Below, one piece after another: positions 17,918-26,836 of a DNA stretch of 64,000 nt. The position numbers were made by a program, and so were the translations under genes. Source of the stretch: an uncultured virus (IMG/VR IMGVR_UViG_2513237125_000007) (taxonomy: Duplodnaviria; Heunggongvirae; Uroviricota; Caudoviricetes). The stretch lies in the IMG/VR virus record IMGVR_UViG_2513237125_000007, positions 1-64,000 of that record. One strand, written 5' to 3'. The notes beneath the pieces are model-generated. The model was not told where the DNA came from, did no database searches, and was given only the letters and a program-made list of their open reading frames with translations. Each line of letters opens with the position of its first letter. Positions within the stretch are counted from its first letter, which is position 1.

Positions 17918-18639
17918 TACGCAGCCTCTACCTGCAACGCCTCTTGAAGCTCCCTAGCCGCTTGGCGTTCAGCACTACGCATCTTGTTAAGTAACCACTC
18001 GTACACGCCACACCACACCCTGCGATAGGCAGCCTCATCACGGCCAATCGCTGCCGCCCGACGGCGATCACTCACCGGCAGCATTCCCCTGCCACCGCAC
18101 GCCATGCACACCTTCACCAACGCCCCTACGCGCACGGTCCCCCGACCGTGGCACGTCGGGCAATCACGCGGCTGAGACAGCTCGTTCACCACCGCCGCAA
18201 CCAGGACCGGCAGCATCTCCAATGTCGCTTGTGGCCATAGCTGTGCCTTGGCCTCCTCCAGCCGCTCCTCCGCACGCCTCAGCGCAGCCTGCTGTGCGCT
18301 TGTCGTCGCTCGGGTCCACCCCATGCACGCCTTGGCTATGCCCACGTCTGTACGCGCTTCCAGCAAGCGCTGCTGCTGCCGTCGAATCTCCGGCACCACC
18401 AACGCCACCGCCGCATCGCGCAAGGGGCCACGCCGCAACACCGCACCATCCGGCCACCAGCACGCCTCCAGTACCTCACGCCCCAACCCCGCTGGGGTGA
18501 GCGCTAAGGCATGGGCAATGTCCTGTGCCGTCAGCTCAGGCACTCCACCAGGCAGCGTGTCATAGCGCACGGTGCTCGGGTTCAAACGCGCCAGTAAGCG
18601 GCGCGGATTGGGGTGTTGAAAAAGTCCTGTTGTTTGCAT
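17917..18639 (-). CDS. Late antiterminator Q (lambda-Q-like, Zn finger)
   Basis: CPTCHGRG..CMACGGRG zinc finger; upstream of promoter, terminators and lysis genes. Confidence 0.75.
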   Translation of the reverse strand: MQTTGLFQHPNPRRLLARLNPSTVRYDTLPGGVPELTAQDIAHALALTPAGLGREVLEACWWPDGAVLRRGPLRDAAVALVVPEIRRQQQRLLEARTDVGIAKACMGWTRATTSAQQAALRRAEERLEEAKAQLWPQATLEMLPVLVAAVVNELSQPRDCPTCHGRGTVRVGALVKVCMACGGRGMLPVSDRRRAAAIGRDEAAYRRVWCGVYEWLLNKMRSAERQAARELQEALQVEAA

Positions 18640-18779
18640 TCGGAAATACCCAGCTGCGAGAAAGCGTGGGACTAGTATAACCCATTGATTATAAAGAAGA
18701 TTATTGGGTGATGCAGCGGCGCTTGCTTCCGTCGGAGGGGCAGTGGCTGGATGTACGGGCGCGAAAGTGCTGAGGACTG

Positions 18780-19026
18780 TTTGCACCTTGCACCGCTTTC
18801 ACCCCCCCTAAAAGCGAAAAGCTATATATATATATATATATCTGTAATTTCTAATCCAACATATAGAAAAAGGGGTTTAAAAGGAGGTGCAAGGTGCAAA
18901 AATTAGTTCCATATTTTTTTCGTTTACAACTAAGTAGCATAAAAGTTGGCTAAAAGGAGGTGCAGGAGGTGCAGAGGGTGTAAACCGCCCTCAGCACTCT
19001 GCAATAGCTATTGCGAAAGCGCTGAG
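18780..19026. other. Putative replication origin 1
   Basis: 15-bp inverted repeat TTTGCACCTTGCACC/GGTGCAAGGTGCAAA around an AT-rich core with (TA)9; further GGTGCA repeats; downstream of the primase gene. Confidence 0.6.
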
Positions 19027-19045
19027 TGGGACGCAGCCCGCGTTA

Positions 19046-21583
19046 CTAGAAGGGATCAGTGTTCAACAACCTTACCCCTTGGATGGCTACGAACCTACGG
19101 CGCTTCCCCCCTTCGGGGGTTTCGTATATATCTTTCTTCTTAAACTCCGGCACACGCCGCTCCAAATCGCCAATGAAACGGACTTTGGATAGTGGGTGAA
19201 CGCCGCTGGCTTTGCACCATTGCGTATAGGCTGGGTACAAGCCATCACCCATCGGCGTAGTTAGTTTCTCCTCATACTCGGCTCCTTTCTCACATTCTTC
19301 GTCGATGAACTGCCCTACGCGGTCCTGTTCCTCCTTGTATTCCTCCGAAGCGGCCAACACGATATCAGGCGGCCTCAGTCCGTTCTTGTACCACTCCACG
19401 GCACCGGCCACGATCCACGCTAAGACACCTTCTCGTTCAGCGGCCAGCTTCTCAGCGATCCTCATATCCCGAGGATACTTGCCGTTGCCGGTCTCTTCCC
19501 CCTCAACGGCATCAAACTTCGCTTTAAACGGGATGAGCATAATGCGCCTCCAGATGCCGCTGTCCTGCCCCTTGATGACAGGCTTATGGTTGGTGAGTAA
19601 TTGCAGCTTGTGCGTGGGCTGGAACTCGAAGAATTCACCGTACAAGTAACGGGCCTTGAGCGCATCGCCGCCAGTGGCTTGTTTCACGAACTCTTCCCGC
19701 AACACTTCGCCCTCCCCTGATTCGTGGGTAGTCACCATGCGCCGCCCGAAAAGGTCGGCAACGGCGTTAGGGTGTTGTTGGCCGTTCTTGCCTGTGAGCA
19801 GCCCTGGGGCGGCCACGCCCGCATAGCGGCCAAGAATCCCCGAGATTAGGTCCAGTAGCGTGCTTTTACCGTTATTACCACCATCTCCGTACAGCACAGC
19901 GAACTTCTGTTCGCGTACCGAGCCGGTGACGCAGTAGCCGAACCAGCGTTGCAGGAAGTCACTGAGTGGCTTGCCAGCCTGCCCCTCTTCGCAGGTAATG
20001 CGTTCTAGTGTCTTTTTAAAGACAGGCGCGGGGGCGTTTGGATTGTAGTTAAGGGGAACGACCCGCGTAATGCAATCTTCACGGCGGTGCGGGGACAGCT
20101 CCCCCGTGCGTAAGTCCACGGTGCCATTGGCGCAGTTCAATAGCCAAGGGTTGTTATCTAGTCGATGTGGTCCTACGGTGAGGTGGTTCGTAGCCCATTC
20201 CACTGCTGCTTTCAGCCTGGAGGTTGATTCGGACTGTTTAGCCCATTTATACAATGTGGCAGCTTTTTTATCGTCTTTTTCTTGCGCTGCTTGTTCTGCT
20301 TCGTAACGGATGGCGTTCGGGAATTCGCCTATTACTTGGAACGCTTCGGCCTTGCCCTTCTTCCAATATTCCCCGTTCCAGGTGTACCAATCACCGGCAA
20401 CAAGCATTAGCTGTTTTCCGTAGTACTTAACGATGCGAGCACCGTTCGCTTTATCCGTTGTCAGCTCCTTTGATGTGGCGAGTCCACTAATAATCATGTC
20501 GTCCGTGGGGGTGTGTTCTGTCGTGGTCACGCCGAACATGTTCACATCCATTTCGCCTATTCCGCGGTCTAATACTTCTTCCTCGGCATAGTTCACCCCG
20601 TTTAGAAATTCTTCTTGCGACCTATTGCGGCAATGGGCGTGCTGGCACACAAACGCGCCATTGGCATAGCCTCCGGTATGCGCGGGGTAGTACACCGTGG
20701 CTGTGGGGTTAGAGGCTTGCGTATGGTGTGCTTCGAATGGGCAGGTGATGAACAGCTGTCCTTCTTTACCTGTGGAGAGGACCGTCCAGTTGTGCGCGAG
20801 ATGCACAGCCACGGGATCGTTAGCCGCCGCAGCCATGAGCTTGTGTTGGCGGCTGGGTTTGCCTTCACTCTTGGCACTTTCCAATATCTCTGCATCAATC
20901 TCCAGCAATACAGAATCCTCAAGAAGGCCTTTCACAAAGCCGCTACGCACTGGCACCGGATCGGCCACACCGGCTTCAAACACAGGGGCGGCGGTGTAGT
21001 GGATTTGCACCGTATTAAATACAGAAGCGTCCAGGGCTGGAGCGCAGGCAGTGGCCCAGGCTTTGAGCTGTGCGCTGGTATACGGTGTATGTAGCCAGAA
21101 CCATACATGAGCCTTTAGCTTCCCTTCACTCCCAGGCCGCCCCGCGCTACTGGATAACTGCCAATGGTAATCCGCACCTGCGAACCAGAACGGGAGATGT
21201 GCGTGGAGGAACTCGCTGATGCTCCCCACCGGATCGGCGACCGGATCAAGGCGCAGTGGCTCGAAGTTATCGATCTCAACGAGCATCCAGTGATGCGGGA
21301 TATCCTCGTACAGCTCGGCAATGCGCCGTACTTTTCCTTTCTGGAACTCTGTATCCAGCGCAGCGGCTTTGGCATCGCCCACATACACGCCACGGATCAC
21401 ACAGGCATGCCGGTTATTCTCCAGCTCCGTGAGGAGTGCAGACAGCTCGCGGCTATTGTTGAGCGGTCGTTGCTCCACCTGGAAGAACTTGGCGTTGTCG
21501 TAGGCTTTCACCGTGCCATCAGCGCACCATGTTTTGGCGAGGGTATTTACGGGGTGTTTCAGGAGTGTGATAGAATCACTCAT
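19046..21583 (-). CDS. P4-family/D5 primase-helicase
   Basis: SF3 helicase GDGGNNGKST, KQATGGD, TNHKP, GIWRR; D5_N LLNCANGTVDLRTG; C..H/CQHAHC zinc motif. Confidence 0.9.
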   Translation of the reverse strand: MSDSITLLKHPVNTLAKTWCADGTVKAYDNAKFFQVEQRPLNNSRELSALLTELENNRHACVIRGVYVGDAKAAALDTEFQKGKVRRIAELYEDIPHHWMLVEIDNFEPLRLDPVADPVGSISEFLHAHLPFWFAGADYHWQLSSSAGRPGSEGKLKAHVWFWLHTPYTSAQLKAWATACAPALDASVFNTVQIHYTAAPVFEAGVADPVPVRSGFVKGLLEDSVLLEIDAEILESAKSEGKPSRQHKLMAAAANDPVAVHLAHNWTVLSTGKEGQLFITCPFEAHHTQASNPTATVYYPAHTGGYANGAFVCQHAHCRNRSQEEFLNGVNYAEEEVLDRGIGEMDVNMFGVTTTEHTPTDDMIISGLATSKELTTDKANGARIVKYYGKQLMLVAGDWYTWNGEYWKKGKAEAFQVIGEFPNAIRYEAEQAAQEKDDKKAATLYKWAKQSESTSRLKAAVEWATNHLTVGPHRLDNNPWLLNCANGTVDLRTGELSPHRREDCITRVVPLNYNPNAPAPVFKKTLERITCEEGQAGKPLSDFLQRWFGYCVTGSVREQKFAVLYGDGGNNGKSTLLDLISGILGRYAGVAAPGLLTGKNGQQHPNAVADLFGRRMVTTHESGEGEVLREEFVKQATGGDALKARYLYGEFFEFQPTHKLQLLTNHKPVIKGQDSGIWRRIMLIPFKAKFDAVEGEETGNGKYPRDMRIAEKLAAEREGVLAWIVAGAVEWYKNGLRPPDIVLAASEEYKEEQDRVGQFIDEECEKGAEYEEKLTTPMGDGLYPAYTQWCKASGVHPLSKVRFIGDLERRVPEFKKKDIYETPEGGKRRRFVAIQGVRLLNTDPF

Positions 21584-21721
21584 ACGTTGAGTCCACCTTT
21601 GTTTTGGGCGAGTTGAGGCCACCCCCTCAGCCCGCCCTTTTTTAACTGCGGGGGTGGTTTAACGATTTGAAAGTCACTCCTTACTAATTAAGGAGTACGG
21701 CCAGACAGACAGCCGCAGGTG

Positions 21722-22321
21722 TTAGCTGAAGCGGCGATAAGTAACCCCCCTGACCTTTTGGGCAGCCTGTTCCATCTGAGGGCCGAGGGCCTTCTCTATA
21801 GGGCCAACGCCGCCGTGCAGGCCATCTAGCAGACGGTCGTAAAGCGCCCCGCTCATCTGCCTAGCCCCAAGCCATGCTAGGGCTTGCGGAACCTTGTTGG
21901 TGAATACCGTTTCATGCAGCGACTTGAATTGGCTGCACAGAATCCAGATGGCGTAAAGCACATCGTCATTCACCAGCGTTCCGGTAGCCGAATAGCCCCC
22001 CGTCTTGCGGATCGAGGGAAGGACTTCCGAGGTTACCCACTTGGAGAATTTACGTGCTTCTGGCTTTCTGGAGCGGAGTACCAAGGCGTATAGGCCCGAC
22101 TCGGAAATGATGTTGGTAGGAACCCCTAACGGGGCGTTAGGGGTAGGAATCTCAATGGTGGCGCGCTCATCGGAATCTAGATGATCCCCAAGAGCCTTGC
22201 TTGTGTTGGAGTAATTCAGCGCCCTGCAAACATCGCCAGCAATGAACCACGGATTGCCATCGCGCATCACAACGCGCACAGCGTGAGAATGAAAGTCGAA
22301 CGGGATAATGGACTGCGCCAT
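21722..22321 (-). CDS. Bro-N antirepressor-family protein
   Basis: FDFHSHAVR..PWF..DVC..ISESGLYALVLRSRKPEARKFSKWVTSEVLPSIRKTG; AGGAG RBS. Confidence 0.85.
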   Translation of the reverse strand: MAQSIIPFDFHSHAVRVVMRDGNPWFIAGDVCRALNYSNTSKALGDHLDSDERATIEIPTPNAPLGVPTNIISESGLYALVLRSRKPEARKFSKWVTSEVLPSIRKTGGYSATGTLVNDDVLYAIWILCSQFKSLHETVFTNKVPQALAWLGARQMSGALYDRLLDGLHGGVGPIEKALGPQMEQAAQKVRGVTYRRFS

Positions 22322-22384
22322 GAGAACGTCTCCTGCTTTTGAGAGGTGATCTCGGGGAGACGTTTCTAAGCGCCGACCCGAGAA

Positions 22385-22465
22385 TGTCGGGAGGTTAGAA
22401 ACCGGAAAGCAGACCGGCCAGCAGCTTTCCCCTTGCGGGTGTTGTATCGCTGCTGCCTCCCGACG
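22385..22465 (-). ncRNA. C4/CI-like antisense RNA, allele 1
   Basis: GTCGGGAGG..CCTCCCGAC closing stem; exposed CTGCTTT and GTTTCTAA are complementary to paired targets upstream (22516-22536) and downstream (22333-22369, over the RBS). Confidence 0.8.
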
Positions 22466-22550
22466 TAAAAACGTACGGGCACAAAAAATCCGCGAGCTGA
22501 CGAGTGCGGATACCGCTGCTTTCTCGGAGTTTCTAAGCTCCTTACCAGCG

Positions 22551-22579
22551 ACGGTACCGCAGCCACGTACAGTGGTCAA
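22551..22579 (-). promoter_or_regulatory. Promoter of C4 module 1 (TTGACC-17-TACCGT)
   Basis: Both hexamers and the spacing are conserved at 62749-62777. Confidence 0.65.
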
Positions 22580-22581
22580 GC

Positions 22582-22965
22582 TCACGACACAGTCCGAGCC
22601 ATGCGCGCTTGCAAGGTTTCTAAGCCTTTTACTGCGGCAATGAACTCACGTTGCAACTGTGCCGCTTCATCATCAGGGTTCAATGGCTGTGGTTCTGTGT
22701 AACCGGCATCGCGCGCTTCGTAGTGCGCCAAGATATGCACTCCCGCCTTGCGGGCTTCTATCCGGATCGAACGTAATTCGCTCAGGTCGAGCTTTTCCCG
22801 TTTATTAGGGTTGAGACACGAGGCCAACTTGCGGCCTGCGTCATCGGCAGGCATGTCAGGCCACAGCATATTCCCTACTTTCTTGAATCCGCCAAGGGCG
22901 GTCACGCAATCGTGGATCACATCCTCGTAAGAGTAATAAAACAACGTGTTTTGCAGGCTTGTCAC
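22582..22965 (-). CDS. CII-like regulatory protein (putative)
   Basis: HTH-like GGFKKVG..LNPNKREKL; downstream of cro. Confidence 0.5.
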   Translation of the reverse strand: MTSLQNTLFYYSYEDVIHDCVTALGGFKKVGNMLWPDMPADDAGRKLASCLNPNKREKLDLSELRSIRIEARKAGVHILAHYEARDAGYTEPQPLNPDDEAAQLQREFIAAVKGLETLQARMARTVS

Positions 22966-23052
22966 TCTCAGTACCTCTCAGTGGGACAGCGTGGGACACG
23001 CCCACCAGGTTATAAAAGTGGCTCGACATCGCCAGGACACCGAGCCGTGGAA

Positions 23053-23382
23053 TTAGTTAGAAACCTGATGCTTCTTCAAATCTTCTGCTTGCTTATGGAT
23101 CATCAAAAAATTCACTTCGCTTTCAAGCATCTCTATTTGCTCGCTGATTTCTCGTTTTCTGGAAAAAACAGCTTCTTGATTAGTTATAGCCATACGTTGG
23201 AGGTCCAAAGTGTTCGTAAGCAAGTCTGAAACTGCGTCAAGTAAAAATGAGATTCGACGCTCCAACTCCGCTGCGCTAATGGGTGCTTCTTCTGGCGTAA
23301 TGATCTTTTCGCTGACAGGGGGAGCGGTACCCGGTAGAACATTTATCTTCGTAACGGGGTTTATTTCTTCCTCATGCTGCAT
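23053..23382 (-). CDS. Hypothetical coiled-coil protein
   Basis: ORF overlapping the cro 3' end, preceded by AGGAGG. Confidence 0.5.
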   Translation of the reverse strand: MQHEEEINPVTKINVLPGTAPPVSEKIITPEEAPISAAELERRISFLLDAVSDLLTNTLDLQRMAITNQEAVFSRKREISEQIEMLESEVNFLMIHKQAEDLKKHQVSN

Positions 23383-23590
23383 CAGGCACCTCCTGCCTGT
23401 GATTTGTGGGGGTTTCACCGAAGATGTCGGGGCGGCGAAGCCTCCATATTTCGGGGATACCTCGGTACTTCCAGTTCTGCACGCGCTGCGTACCGCCTGC
23501 ACGTGGGTCTATTCCAAGTTGTCTGGAAATTTCAGCGGGGCCGCCAAGGCGGTTGATCAGGTCCGCATCTGGGTGTGTGGTCGTGTACAT
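23372..23590 (-). CDS. cro: Cro-like repressor
   Basis: LINRLGGPAEISRQLG..VQNWKYRGIP HTH; divergent from cI. Confidence 0.75.
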   Translation of the reverse strand: MYTTTHPDADLINRLGGPAEISRQLGIDPRAGGTQRVQNWKYRGIPEIWRLRRPDIFGETPTNHRQEVPDAA

Positions 23591-23597
23591 ACAGGCG

Positions 23598-23651
23598 ATT
23601 ACACACTGCGTTTCATCACATGTCAACACGCCGCGTTTAACACATGGCGTT
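23598..23651. promoter_or_regulatory. pR (TTGACA-17-TGTAAT, minus strand 23598-23626) with three operators ACAC-N3-GCGTT
   Basis: Operators at 23600-23612, 23625-23637 and 23639-23651; same design as at 24477-24516. Confidence 0.75.
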
Positions 23652-24354
23652 TACTTTCTTGAAAACTTCATCAATGGTTAGACATAGCAAAACCTTCCTT
23701 CGTCTCATGAAGGCTGCTTCTGTTTTGGAGAATCCGATCAAGGGTCCCTCTGCATTGGCAATTGCGCTTGGCGAGGCACCGCAGACAGTCACCAATTGGG
23801 CGATGCGAGGGGTATCCAAACAAGGAGCAACGAAGGCTCAATCTGTACTCGGGATCAGTGCCACCTGGATACTCGAAGGAAGCGAGCCGATGTTCTTTGG
23901 TGATACATCGGACACCGTCCCCTTTACTGCAACACCCCGAGGCTATATTCGTGTCATGCAGATGGGGGAAGCCGGTATGGGCAGCGGTCGTGAAAACGAG
24001 GATTTACCGGAAATAGTCCGCACCGTTGAGTACTCAGCAAACTTCCTGCGTTCGCTGGTAGGATTCCTACCCCCTCCTGGGCGTTTAGTGCTCGTCACTG
24101 GCAAAGGCGACTCCATGATTCCCACTATCGCGCCGGGGGAGGTCGTACTTGTAGACACTGGAACGCATACTTTTGAAGGGGATGGCCTTTATTTAGTGAA
24201 TCTTGGCAACGGTCAGCAGATCAAGAGGTTGGAGGATCGTGGAAAGATTTTTGTCGTGAGTGACAATCCCGTAACCCACCCATTCGAATTCCCAGAAGGG
24301 GGGATAGTTGGGGGGAAGGTATATCTAATCAACAAGATAGAGCGAGTGAATTGA
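23644..24354 (+). CDS. cI: CI repressor (HTH plus S24 peptidase); start codon uncertain
   Basis: HTH ALAIALGEAPQTVTNW; GDSM.PTI..G catalytic Ser; IKRL Lys; A-G cleavage site. Confidence 0.9.
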   Translation: MAFTFLKTSSMVRHSKTFLRLMKAASVLENPIKGPSALAIALGEAPQTVTNWAMRGVSKQGATKAQSVLGISATWILEGSEPMFFGDTSDTVPFTATPRGYIRVMQMGEAGMGSGRENEDLPEIVRTVEYSANFLRSLVGFLPPPGRLVLVTGKGDSMIPTIAPGEVVLVDTGTHTFEGDGLYLVNLGNGQQIKRLEDRGKIFVVSDNPVTHPFEFPEGGIVGGKVYLINKIERVN

Positions 24355-24393
24355 TCGTAACCACGGAAGAATCGATCTTCGAAATCCTTACAC

Positions 24394-24416
24394 AGCCCCG
24401 CTCCAGCGGGGTTTTT
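24394..24416 (+). terminator. Terminator after cI
   Basis: CCCCGCT CC AGCGGGG TTTTT. Confidence 0.75.
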
Positions 24417-24476
24417 CATGCGTGATGCCCCACCCCAAGCAAGATGTAACTAAAAATCTCCGCTTTGATTTAATTA

Positions 24477-24516
24477 CACACCATGTGTTGACACAACATG
24501 AAACACCGTGTGTAAT
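24477..24516 (+). promoter_or_regulatory. pL-like promoter (TTGACA-17-TGTAAT) with two operators
   Basis: CACACCATGTGTT and AACACCGTGTGTA overlap the -35 and -10 boxes. Confidence 0.75.
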
Positions 24517-24573
24517 ATCTCCACATCGCCCCACGACACCCGCAACCGGCGGCAGGGGCCAGGAGATACGAAA

Positions 24574-25473
24574 ATGGCATCAGGTACCTACGGCCCAGTG
24601 AAATACAACCCTAACGGGTCGGATTACATGATCGATAAAAGCATCTGGGCAAAAGCAGACTACAAAGCCGCAGAAGCCGCCCGCGTGATCGAACAAGCAC
24701 CGCTGTTCTTCCGGAACGGCATCAAAGACGCAAAGGGCGAAGAGCTGCAACCGGTTTTCTATACGGAAGCACCGTTAATAGTGAACTCAGAAAAAGGGAT
24801 CTTTATCCATGCCATCAGTGAAGCAGGGTTTAGCCCGCTGCTGCTTGACTGCTTTAAGGCCCTTGAAACCTGCTATGTAATGAAAGGGTATTCGAGAACC
24901 CACCTCATACTCGTACATCCCTTTCATCCGCTCTACCCACAGATAAAGGCTGCTGCTGAGGGTGCGGCGGTCGAACAGATGCCATTGTTTTACTTCAACG
25001 GCATTCGGGATGAGAAAGGCGGGGAGTTGCAACGCGCCAATTACTCCTACGAAAAGCCGCACGACAGGGATAACTCGGAAATTAGGGTCATCGCCACGCA
25101 TTACACGCGCTTTAGCCCTTTAGTGCATTCCTGTTTTACGGTGTACAACAGCACCGACGTGATGACGGATTATTTTGACAACGATAAGTTCACTGTCGCC
25201 ACAACGCATCCACTGTATCCGCACGTTAAAGCTGCCCTTGAGGCGGTGCGTAATCGATCTGCGGCGCAGCTCGCTGCATCGGAGAAAAAGCGACAAGAAA
25301 AGCGTAATGCGGCTCGTGCTGCGCTCGAAGCCGCTAAAAAAGAAGCGTGTGCTGCGTACGACGCCGCTAAAGATGAAGAAGCGCGTGATGCTGCTTTTGC
25401 TGCCGCTCGTGCTGCTTTAGCTACATACGAAGCCGCTGAAGCTGCCGCTGAAAGCATGGGGGTGGCCGCATGA
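24574..25473 (+). CDS. Hypothetical early protein with two tandem copies of one domain and an Ala-rich tail
   Basis: PLF..NGI.D.KG.ELQ / FSPL / HPLYP..KAA repeated; AGGAG RBS. Confidence 0.7.
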   Translation: MASGTYGPVKYNPNGSDYMIDKSIWAKADYKAAEAARVIEQAPLFFRNGIKDAKGEELQPVFYTEAPLIVNSEKGIFIHAISEAGFSPLLLDCFKALETCYVMKGYSRTHLILVHPFHPLYPQIKAAAEGAAVEQMPLFYFNGIRDEKGGELQRANYSYEKPHDRDNSEIRVIATHYTRFSPLVHSCFTVYNSTDVMTDYFDNDKFTVATTHPLYPHVKAALEAVRNRSAAQLAASEKKRQEKRNAARAALEAAKKEACAAYDAAKDEEARDAAFAAARAALATYEAAEAAAESMGVAA

Positions 25474-25940
25474 GCACCTTAACTAACACCAACGAAAAAA
25501 CACAGCCCAGCCAAGCCACATCAGCACCTACAGAAGCGCCGCCGTTGGACTTGGGCGGCCTTGAAGACGCTAAAATTTTGGCGTTGCTAGAAGGTTTCCA
25601 TATCAAGGAAGCAAAGGGGCCTGAAGGTACTTTAGAAATCCTTTCGTTTAAAGACAAACGTTTTAGCCCGCTCATGCGTTCGTGGTTTAAAGGCAGGCAA
25701 GACAGCGAAATAGGATTTAGTTTCGGTGGTGGGCGGGAGTACATACGCGTGCGGCCAAGGCACCCGTTGTATTGGCACGTAAGTACTGTATACACAGTAA
25801 ACATATTAACCGCACAAAGAACTCAATTAAGGCTTAAAGCTAAAGCTAGGGCTGAAGCTGCAAAAGCGCGTAATGCCGTTAGTGAAAGAGGTGGCCAGAT
25901 GCGTACTGACATTACCGCTACGGCAAAGGCAGGCGCGTAA
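25470..25940 (+). CDS. Hypothetical protein, divergent third copy of the same domain
   Basis: IKEAKG..RFSPL..HPLY motifs; ATGA coupling. Confidence 0.6.
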   Translation: MSTLTNTNEKTQPSQATSAPTEAPPLDLGGLEDAKILALLEGFHIKEAKGPEGTLEILSFKDKRFSPLMRSWFKGRQDSEIGFSFGGGREYIRVRPRHPLYWHVSTVYTVNILTAQRTQLRLKAKARAEAAKARNAVSERGGQMRTDITATAKAGA

Positions 25941-26341
25941 TGGCTGGTATTGGATATAGCAGTTATAACGATCCGCGTTTACAACCACCGGAAGACGATT
26001 TTAAAGAGTATTTTGCCGAGCGGGTCGATGCACGGGTTCATGAGTATTTAAATAACCCAGATAAACGAGCGGAAGCGGATGAATGGGCGGCGGATATACT
26101 ATCTACTGAGCATTATAAAGCGATGGGAAGTGCTTTAGCGGATTTATATACCTTCCCTTCGGATCAGTTAATCGGCAGCGATGTCTTAACCCGTCTGTAT
26201 GCACTAGCCGAAGTGCAAGAACGCGTACGGCTGGAGCAATTGCAGCTTCTCGCTGAGGAAGACGTCAAGGAAGACATGCGCCACGAAGCAGAATGCTTTC
26301 ACGCGATGCGCGGCGGTGCCATGCAGGAGGACTATGCATGA
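25940..26341 (+). CDS. Hypothetical phage protein
   Basis: Coupled ORF in the early operon. Confidence 0.6.
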   Translation: MAGIGYSSYNDPRLQPPEDDFKEYFAERVDARVHEYLNNPDKRAEADEWAADILSTEHYKAMGSALADLYTFPSDQLIGSDVLTRLYALAEVQERVRLEQLQLLAEEDVKEDMRHEAECFHAMRGGAMQEDYA

Positions 26342-26532
26342 ATCGTTATCGCAAAGCGGAGGAGCGGAGTATCGCATTGCGCCACTATTACAGCTCGCGC
26401 CCTTGGTTAGCCCACTTTATTTTGCACGATACCCGAGCAACGCCAAACGCACTACGCATCGCCAATTACCGCGTGCGCCGCGCGCACTACGACGCCGCTA
26501 AAACGCTTTCTGAAACCCTAACTAAACACTAA
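26338..26532 (+). CDS. Hypothetical phage protein
   Basis: ATGA coupling; AGGAGG upstream. Confidence 0.5.
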   Translation: MNRYRKAEERSIALRHYYSSRPWLAHFILHDTRATPNALRIANYRVRRAHYDAAKTLSETLTKH

Positions 26533-26563
26533 CCCCGAACGTTTTTCGGGAAGGAGTTTTTAT

Positions 26564-26836
26564 ATGTCGTCTTTTGTGCCGACAGAGTCGCCGATGCGTT
26601 CGGAAAGGGTTAACGACTTTACGAACAACCTAAAAGTACTAACAGGCGTGGAGCATTTCACCCCTTTAGAAACCGAGTTGATAGCACGCCTTGCCGTCTT
26701 GCTAGAAGACTACGAAGAGGTGCGTGACGCACTGCATATCGCACATTCAAAACTGCTGGACCACGGGATTAGCACCTGCGGCGCAAGTGAACAACACAGC
26801 GAAACGAAGTACCCCCTACACGAGAAACACCTATGA
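26564..26836 (+). CDS. Hypothetical protein (paralogue of the next gene)
   Basis: AAGGAG RBS; FTPLETELIARL..LEDYE. Confidence 0.6.
   Translation: MSSFVPTESPMRSERVNDFTNNLKVLTGVEHFTPLETELIARLAVLLEDYEEVRDALHIAHSKLLDHGISTCGASEQHSETKYPLHEKHL

Noticed and set aside
22322..22585. N-terminal ORF extensions of the Bro genes (also 62521..62694) and Ash-like ORFs
   Set aside because: They overlap the C4 RNA, its targets and terminator; strong AGGAG sites support the downstream ATGs. A short translated peptide cannot be fully excluded
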